The notes beneath the pieces are model-generated. The model did not search any database. It saw nothing but the letters and a program-made list of their open reading frames with translations, and was not told where the DNA came from. A stretch of DNA of 46,288 nt, counting the filler, from Jimgerdemannia flammicorona (taxonomy: Eukaryota): assembly GCA_003990765.1 (NCBI GenBank). It is 2 parts of 2 records of this genome, joined end to end, with 100 filler letters (N's around TTAATTAATTAA, not from the genome) between each part and the next. Parts side by side here need not be neighbours in the genome. Positions count along the whole stretch, not along the records: positions 23,195 to 46,288 come from RBNJ01001159.1; 1 more part is not named here. One strand, 5' to 3'. This document shows, in pieces, positions 38,284 to 46,288 of the stretch; positions within the stretch are counted from its first letter, which is position 1, and the number at the start of each line of letters is the position of its first letter. The translations under genes were made by a program, and so were the position numbers.

Positions 38284-39471
38284 CAGACTCTCCCTTTCTC
38301 TGCTACCTTACCAGTCATAATGGTTTGGTAGACAATCTTCCAAGTCCACTTTCCACAATTATTACCCCCTCTACCTCAGGTTGGTTTACTATATCTATTG
38401 CAGGGTAGTGGGAGGGAGGCAATGGTAACAAGTTGTCCCTTTATTGGTATTTTCTTCACTTTTTTGCAGTTTCTGGTGCCTTTGGCTATGTCTGGAGTAT
38501 ATCTATTTTGGTGTGACACCTTCTTCCTTTTACTGTTACCAATAAGGTACTATCTCGGTATATCTTGGGCTACATAGGGAGTCAGCTGACCTTGGACATC
38601 AAGTGCTCAGTGTAGGTTACCTGCAGGTTCTCAGTACCTATGGTGGGACCCTCTGGCTTTGGTGAGCTTCCCAGTAAGCATGGTTCTGGTATAGATGACT
38701 GCTTTTTGGATGTTGTCGGGATGAGAGGGGAGATGGCTATCACAGATAAGAGGAAGAGCGATAATGGTGAACCAGTAGAGTGCTAGGCTGGGGGTGGTCA
38801 TCAGGGCTGGAGTAGGTGCTGCTTCAGTGGGGCCTTTTGATTGGTATGGTACAGTTAGATGGTAGGTATCACTCTCAGCTTCTTTTGGTGATTCAGCAGG
38901 TTGGGCCCCAGTCATCAGGGGGGGTCAGGGGGCCCAAGGCTACCTATTTTAGGCATCTTGACTATACTCAACTGGAACCAGGAGCTGACATGACAATATG
39001 ATCAAGGCTTGCAGGCTTGAGTAGTGGGGTATTGGAGGTCTCTTTCTACCTTATATATAAGTTCTTTACTTACCTTGACTGGGAGAACTTGGCCCTACCC
39101 ACCATATTGTACTTTAGTGAGGGTTTTTCTTTACTTATCATTCTCTTTAGGGTGGCAGGAACTATTCTATTTAGCCTGGATGTAGCCTTGTATATTTGTT
39201 GGGTTCTTGGGCATGCACTTTCGGTCATTGGCATATGGCTGAGTTTTCCCTGATGGTAGAGAAAGTATGGTGTACAGAATGAGATACAGGCTGCCATAGA
39301 CCCTACTGTATCTGGCATAGTTGAGCTACTGGACAATAGCTAGCTTAGGTTAATGGGGGGGCAGTGCTTAATGAATGGTGGGGGAGGATTTTGGCCTATA
39401 TAGTCTAGGTTCCCTTCTAATAAAAATCTGTAGGACATTGAGTCTGTTAAAAAAAAAAAAAAAAAAAAAAA
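38284..39471 (+). mobile_element. Poly(A)-tailed retroposed insertion (~1.19 kb) in the integrase of element 2
   Basis: 15 bp TSD AAAGAATACAGAAAA (38269-38283 / 39472-39486), AATAAA at 39419, and poly(A) from 39449. G/T-rich composition, unlike the host element. Confidence 0.88.
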
Positions 39472-39820
39472 AAAGAATACAGAAAAGAATCATAAGACCC
39501 TAGAACCCATCCAAATTAGAGAAAAGATCCTACTATATTAAAATATGATAGAAGCCTCATAGTCACAAAAACTGGAGTCTAAATGAGAAGGACTCTACTA
39601 TGTGCAAAATATCAAAAGAACTACCTTCTAGCTTAGAAAACTCTCAGGGACTATACTGCCTACCACAGCATATAGGAACAGACTCAAGAAGTACCATGAA
39701 CCTATAAGAGAAGCAAAATATGATAACTACTCATGAGGTTCTAATCCACAAATCATAACAGCATGTCCTATGACTAGTAGGCAATCTGTCTGGACCATTC
39801 TCTAAGAGATATAGCACTAC

Positions 39821-40423
39821 TAGTGCTCCTAACGAGTCAATTTAATCTGGATTGGATTCGGATTGATTCAGATTGAATCCCATCTAGATCAACTCGGATG
39901 GGATTCGAATCAAATATTGTTTTGATTTCCAAATTGGACAATTAAATGTTTACATCAATAACTCGATGAATAATCATCTAAATTTGATGATCTTGGGGTC
40001 ATTTGAAAGCCCTTAATAAGGCCTTTCTAATGATATCAAGAACATTAAAATCGGATTACGCATTGCCTAGATATTAAGGGAAACGTTCTATTTGACGAAA
40101 TTTCCAAAATCGGCAAATCGAAGAATTTCCAAAATCGGTGATTCAGATGGTTTCCTTCATAACTCAGCAACACATGATCGGATTTCAATGTTCTTGGTAT
40201 CATTAGATAGGTCTTATTAAGGGCTTTCAAATGACACCACGATCATCAAATTTGGATGATTATTCATTGGGTTATTGATGTAAACATTTAATTGTCCAAT
40301 TTGGAAATCAAAACAATGGTTGATTCGAATCCATCTGGATGGGATTCGAATCCCATCTGAGTTGATCTGGATGGGATTTGAATCCATCCAAATTCCATCC
40401 GGATTGACTCATTCGAAGCACTA
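39821..40423. mobile_element. 603 bp palindromic hAT-type MITE, relatively young
   Basis: TAGTGCT...AGCACTA termini, TSD AGCACTAC/AGCACTAG, ~220 bp inverted arms, and many CpGs retained. Confidence 0.9.
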
Positions 40424-40682
40424 AGCACTAGTAATTACTCATCCATAAGACTTTCAAAACCAGAGGAGTTTGAACTGTCAACTGATTAGTCAAGACCAGA
40501 ATCAGGCCCTTGCTTTATATAAAGGAAGTAATCCTTCACCATTATACCAAAATATATAGGGAAGATACTAGCCCATAAATACTACTTTTCAACTCTCTAC
40601 CAGAGGTTATGGAATCAGTAAATTTTTCAGGACTAGACTAATAAATAAGGATGTTTAAGAAGATCCTTATTTAGGAAGAAGA

Positions 40683-42057
40683 TATAACAGTGATCTCAGA
40701 ATGATGACATCAGCACAAGAGATAACAATTTCTTGCAAGTCACTAGATCAGAGCACAAGAAGATCATATGGCATAACTTACCCAGGCTATAAGATGAGTA
40801 ATGATGATGAACTGTAAGTCATTGAGACTATAATACAAATATCTCAAGAAATATAAAAGAAGGATCAAGAAACCACAGTAGTAGCAATTCAATAAGACCC
40901 ACTAATCTGAAAATAGCTCAAAGACTTATTATAAACAAAATGCCTGCTACTTGCCAAACCTCAAGATTAAGGAATCACTAAGACCTCTCAGTCCAGGAAA
41001 GAATATTTTAAGACATCCAAAGAGCTATAAGGATCTATACCACAAGGACTCCTAGTATCAACCTAGGTACTGGTGACTCTTATTATTATATCCTCTACTG
41101 CTGCAAAATGGAAACAAGAATCACTATTGCTACCAAATGCCTTCAGATATAGTAAGAATACAAAATAGGAAACCTCCTCTGCTGGGAATTTCCTTAAGCC
41201 AGCCCTCAAGAGCTACAAGATACTACTCCTATAGATATATATGAAATAAGGATAGCTAAGAAGATTTATCAGATCTTCAGGTATACACTATAGTCAATCC
41301 CCAACTTAGAGTATATTAGAGTCTCAGACTTCAGGGATCTGTCAGCTGTTATATCAATGTACTAGAAGCTATAGTAGCAAGAGTTCTGATATCTCATCCT
41401 CCAGGACAACCTAGATCAGTTTCTGCAAGGATTAATCTCAGCATTCCAAGGCCCCAGCATCCAGGTTAGACCTCTCCAAGATCCCACATTTGTTCCTTAT
41501 TTTGTGGAAGAGAATGTTATAGATTGGAGAGCCTCTGCCACTGCTGAATGTGATGACATCATCAGCAATGATGGCATCTCATATGATATATATGAAATAC
41601 ATGATCTATGTAATGAGATGGACAAAATGTTCACAGATCTCATCTCTTTCAGCAATGATAAGGATGAAGCCCCCATGGTCTTGAACATTCTGCTTTAAAG
41701 TTCTTAGTGATACTGAATTTTATCAGCATCCTTTTTCCATATAACAGTTAATCCTTCTACTGGCATTCTGATTTGTATGACTTAGAATTCTTTCAGTATC
41801 CTTTTTCTGTATTACTAAATTCTACCAGTACTCTGAACTTGTACAACTATCTGTACCAATACTGGAATCTGTACTGATAACTATAGTTTTCTATGTTCTA
41901 GTATTTTATTAGTTATTGGAATTTATATTTAGCTTTATATCTTAGCAACCATTGAATTATATTTTGTATAAATACCTCTCTTATTTTCTTTAAAATAAAG
42001 TCAGTTTTAGTTCCAGTTCACTTATTCTCAATTCTACACAAACAATCTAAGATAACA
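40683..42057 (+). repeat. Probable 3' LTR of element 2, containing a decayed ORF
   Basis: Starts TATAACAG directly after a purine tract. TATAAATA at ~41967, AATAAA at ~41994, and a candidate end GATAACA. No partner LTR in the window confirms the limits. Confidence 0.45.
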
Positions 42058-42803
42058 AGACAGTTTAAAGATAAGAAGTTTGAGAACTATATATAAGACC
42101 TTAGGAAAGTACTCTAATAAGAACTTACTTATAACAAACTTGAGTTAGTCTAAGAGATACACTTTGAAGAGAATCTGATATATTTGAAGGACTCAGTGAC
42201 TACTATGTAACAATAGTTAAGAAAATCTCAGAAGAAGATAATAAAGAAATTTTAAACCTTTTAAAAGATAAAAATGATAAGAAAGATAACTCTAAGAACA
42301 ACTTAAGAAATATAAAGATGTTTTTCAAGAACTTTAAAGACTACTGTCTACCTGAGTAGTAGAATATAGTATTGAAATTATTTTTAGTTTAGACCCTCCC
42401 TACTGTAGAATCTATTAACTAGTCTAATCTAAGCTAGTAGTCTAAAATAATATCTGACATCAAGAATTATATTATATATTATGATATCTGCCAAAGATAT
42501 AAGTCTAGTAACCAACTTTTTAGTATTGAGACAAAATCCTAAGTTTTAGATAACTTTGAATATTTCTCATAAGTCTAGCAGATATTACTTAAAGATTTCA
42601 GAATAGATAATAATATTACTTATATAAACTAGTATATTTTTTTCAATAAAATCTTAGTAAATATAATTTAGTATTTATTAAAATAAGGCTGATATATAGT
42701 GTCTAAATGATATTCTCAGATATTGTAGATTTTAATAAAGTAGAAATAGAGAGAAGAAGAGTAAGAAAAATATTATTTATTAATTTAAGTTGTATTTTTA
42801 CAT
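42058..42803 (+). pseudogene. Old Gypsy pol relic, same family as 19-831
   Basis: TGATATCTGCCAAAGATATAAGTCTAG (42482) matches 235-261 and translates DIKNYI..YDICQRYKSSNQ. Confidence 0.6.
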
Positions 42804-45800
42804 TGTGACGGTATAGTCAGATTTGGAAGAAGGAAATAGGGAATAGACACTTGATCGCACCCATTCCCAAAGTAGTATAGCATTATAGTTAGCAGTCCTC
42901 GATTTCGATATTGTCTAATTTCTTAGACATTGTCTAAATTTTAGACATTATCCAAATCGAATACCCCGATTTAGTATAGCATTTAGATATTGTCCAAATG
43001 TTTCGACAAAGTCCAAATGACTCATTTATTACTTAGCCACCCTCTCATAGCTAGCAAACTTGTATAAATAACTCAGTATCTTCGAGTGAATAAACCTCAG
43101 ATCGAAATAGTTCAAAAGCAAAGAGATAGCAAAGGAACTAGTAAGCCTGCGGGCAGATACACTTCGAACTCACCCACCCTCCCCTGCTACTTCAAGAGAC
43201 TCTGTGAGAGTCAGAACAGTCAAGTTTTCAAGATACAGAAATCCGACGTACTTTCAAGAGTAAGCATCTGCTACGTTACAACTTGGTGCCCATTGGCTGG
43301 TGATTCAAGACGAATTCCTCACTTTCAAGCTGAACAACGAACAACCGCCACTACCTAAAACAACTATACAAACCGAGTCCCAATACCCAGACAAGATGGA
43401 TATGAGACCGCCAGTATTCCATGGATATACCTCAGATGAATTAATCATCACCTTCATTGATGATTTCGAGCAGTATGCCGCTGTAAGGACCCTGACAGCA
43501 GCACAGCAAGTAGCCCTCATGCCCTTCAGCCTACGAGGCCCTGCCAGAGCAGCATTCACAGCCACAACCCATGCAGGAAATGATGCCGATGCCATACTGA
43601 TGGTACAGAAGACCTGGCTCCGAAACACATATTACACAGACGAGATCAAGCAAGCCCTGAAGGATCAGCTCAACACAACATGCCAAGGAATGAGCGAGGA
43701 TACGAACACATTCTATATCAGAATTCGATATCAGATAATCCTTGCAGATTATGCTGCTGCTACTTGAGATCAAGTAGCTGAAGCAACCTTCATGAAAGGA
43801 GTCCATCCAGAAATAGCCATGGCCATCCGCTCATCACCAGTGATTCTGGATCTGCCATAAAGGGTCACCTATGCTCAGCAATACTGGATAGCCAGACACC
43901 CACAAGACCATACAATGGAGAGAGTCACAAGAGTCAGAATCGAGGCACCCAAGGCAACCAGTGTGATTCCCACCACAATGATCAATCGAAACACACCTCA
44001 GCCAAAAGCTACAGAGCAGCAAAAGAACAGTGACCCTATGGAGGAACTCGCCAAAAGGTTTGCTGAAATGACTGCCCACCTGGGAGATGTGGTAAAGGAG
44101 ATTCGAGGAAGAGACCGCTGCCCTGTTCAGAAGTTTGCCGCCACCTCAGACAAGAAGAAAGGTACCTGCTACAGCTGTGGAGAAGAAGGCCACTACTCCT
44201 ATGAATGCATGAGCGAAACCAAGCATAAGGCTCAACCAAGCAATGCTACATGAAACAAGGAGCAGGCTAATATAATTACCTTCGAGGAGATTGGAGATTC
44301 TGACGAAGAAGAATGGGAGGCCTATCCCGCTCAGACCACCAAGAAGGATGTTTGCAAAGAACCCTACAAGAGACCGCCAGGAAGACCCAAGAAGAACCCA
44401 GTGGAAAAGCAGATGGAAACTGCCACAGAAAGTCAAGTCGAAGAGATGGACCAGGATATCGAGCTGGAGCAAGCAGTTCAAGATATCATCTGAGGAACCA
44501 CTCCAGCCAGTGAAGGAGAAAAAGAAAAGAAGCTTCGCAAGACCAAGACCTTCAAGTATGATATCTTCAAGGATCTCAGTCAACAAAAGGTCAATGCAAC
44601 CTTTGGTCAGCTTGCAGAAATCCCAACATTCAGACAACAAATGAGGTTTGGACTTGCCAAAACAACCAAGGAACAAGGATGGAAGATAACTGAGGCCAAT
44701 AATGTCCAAGAGGACTCAGGAGAAGAAAGTGAGGACAATCGCAAAACCTCTGCTTATGCAACATGTCAAATTGAGGATCGAGTCTTCGAAGCCATCATTG
44801 ATACAGGAGTAGGAGAATGTCTCCTCAGTAAGAAGGCAGCAGACCGCCTAGGTTGGGATGTGGAAGAAGCAACCAAGCTAGTATTCATCACAGCCGATGG
44901 CACAAGAGCCACATCTCTGGGAAAGATCTGAGATATTCCCATCAAGATTGGAGGAGCAATAATCCCAGTAGATATAATTGTAACCAATGCCACCAACTAT
45001 GACATCCTCATCGGCAATCAATGGCTTCACAAAGCCAAGGCGGTAATCGATCTTAATGCCCAGAAGATGCAAATCACCTACCGGGGACAGAAGATACAAA
45101 TTCCCATCAATGTCAACAAAGGAGTCCTGCCCGATATGGAGGAAAAAGAGAGCGAGCAAGAGGAAGCTTATATGGTGACTACCCCAAAGAAGAAGAAAGT
45201 CGGATGGATGAGCAAAGAAGAATGGTGCAAGAAGATTGCTGAAAGCTATGCCCCACAAGGAGTCTGTCCTCATGGAATCAAGATGTACTGTATGGAGCAT
45301 GTCAATGATTGCTACCAGTGCACCATCGGAACCAGGAAGATCTACCAGGAAAGAAGCCAGAAAGCTCTCGAAAAACAGACCATGGAAGAAGAGAAGGAGG
45401 AAGATGATGAACCACCAGCCCTTCTAGAGAACAGTGATGATGAAGAAGAAATCAAGATCAAGATTCGAAAGATCCACCCTGATGCAGTCCTGCCAGAATA
45501 CAAGTCAGAAAATGCAGCTGGAATGGACATCGCTACAGTAGAAGAAACTGTACTCGAACCCCAGACAACCACCCTACTTGCAACCGGACTGGAGATGACC
45601 ATCCCAAAGGATCATGTCGGGATCCTCAAGACAAGAAGCAGCCTGGCTAGGAGCGAAATTACAATTGAAGGAGAAGTCATCGATTCAGACTATACTGGAG
45701 AAATTCTACTCATTGCTAGGAACCACAATTCTACAATTCCATTCCCAGTCAAGAAGAAGGACCGATTGGCACAGATGTTGATCTTCCCAATCATACAGCC

Positions 45801-46288
45801 AAGGATCATAGAAGTCAAGAATCTGGAGGAAATAAAAAGAGGAAAGAAAGGATTCAGATCCACAGGAAGAGGAGTATTCGCCAGCACCAAGATCACTGAA
45901 CTTGAGCACAAGAAGGAGGAAAACATGAGCAAGCACAGTTACACCATTGGAGACGAATTCCCACTCAAGGAGAAACTCAAGAAAATACTCCACAAATTCA
46001 AGGATGTCCTTGCCACGGATTTCAAGGATATCAAGGGAAAGACACCACACTACTATCATGAGGTAGATACTGGAGACACCGAACCAATTTATCAGAAAGC
46101 AAGACCTGTCCTGCCAGCCTACCGAGAATGGCTCAGAGAAGAAATCAAGCAGATGGAAGAAGCCGGCATCATCAAAGAAGCCAGTAGCCCCTGGTCTTCA
46201 CCAGTTGTACTAGCCCCGAAAAAAGGAAGCAAACCTGGAGAATTTGCCCCAAGGCTCTGTGTCGACTACAGAAAGCTCAATGCAGTCA
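42804..46288 (+). mobile_element. Young dUTPase-encoding Ty3/Gypsy element 3 (5' LTR 42804-43280; runs off the window)
   Basis: TGTGACG...CGTTACA 477 bp LTR, PBS starting TGGTGCCCATTGG at 43284, a single-frame gag-pol, and many CpGs retained. Confidence 0.93.
43396..46288 (+). pseudogene. gag-pol of element 3: one frame with five premature stops
   Basis: CYSCGEEGHYSYEC knuckle, AIIDTGVGECL protease, dUTPase (AAGMDI, TRSSLA, GEVIDSDYTGEI, DRLAQM, RGKKGFRSTG; ~45455-45867) and [21 protein letters not shown]. Stops: TGA 43765, TAA 43858, TGA 44251, TGA 44491, TGA 44929. Confidence 0.92.

Larger units (their letters stand above)
33272..40682 (+). mobile_element. Decayed dUTPase-encoding Ty3/Gypsy element 2, internal region (5' LTR missing)
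   Basis: gag homologous to 43361 onward. Zinc knuckle YFRCREEGHYAKSC (~34081), protease AIIDTS (~34718), dUTPase 35395-35805, RT LCIDYRKLN (~36193) and VYIDN (~36493), RNase H FILQTDAS (~36915). Integrase to ~39700; purine tract at 40673-40682. Confidence 0.9.

Noticed and set aside
40318..40355. tRNA T-loop-like GATTCGAATCC sequences
   Set aside because: They are part of the MITE subterminal repeats, with no cloverleaf or acceptor stem.
43765..44931. Programmed stop-codon readthrough in gag-pol
   Set aside because: Five scattered stops, one inside the protease, are each one transition from CGA or CAA. Mutational decay explains them more simply.

Overview
Repeat-dominated eukaryotic DNA, most likely from a fungus: short GT-AG introns, with fungal-type Gypsy, Copia and hAT elements. 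An early-diverging Mucoromycota-like lineage is a guess. There is one intact host gene, a 4-exon NmrA-like NAD(P)-binding protein (14348-15643), in a CpG-rich island of about 3.5 kb. Around it are nested transposons at different stages of C-to-T/G-to-A decay: three dUTPase-encoding Ty3/Gypsy elements (832-11751 with both LTRs; 33272-~42057; 42804-end, nearly intact), older Gypsy relics, a young Copia cut by an artificial N spacer, two poly(A)-tailed retroposed insertions with 14-15 bp TSDs, a 1.2 kb palindrome, and a hAT family (TAGTGCTC termini, 8 bp TSDs) with several MITEs. Most interesting is the 6.5 kb hAT element at 26724-33271. It carries a spliced cargo gene, convergent with the transposase and largely missed by the ORF track, whose product has the HxD...GG...H/Y-G-T pattern of a 2OG-Fe(II) dioxygenase (TET/JBP-like by motif recognition). 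A 7-copy repeat array separates the two genes. All family calls come from reading motifs by eye; no searches were run.
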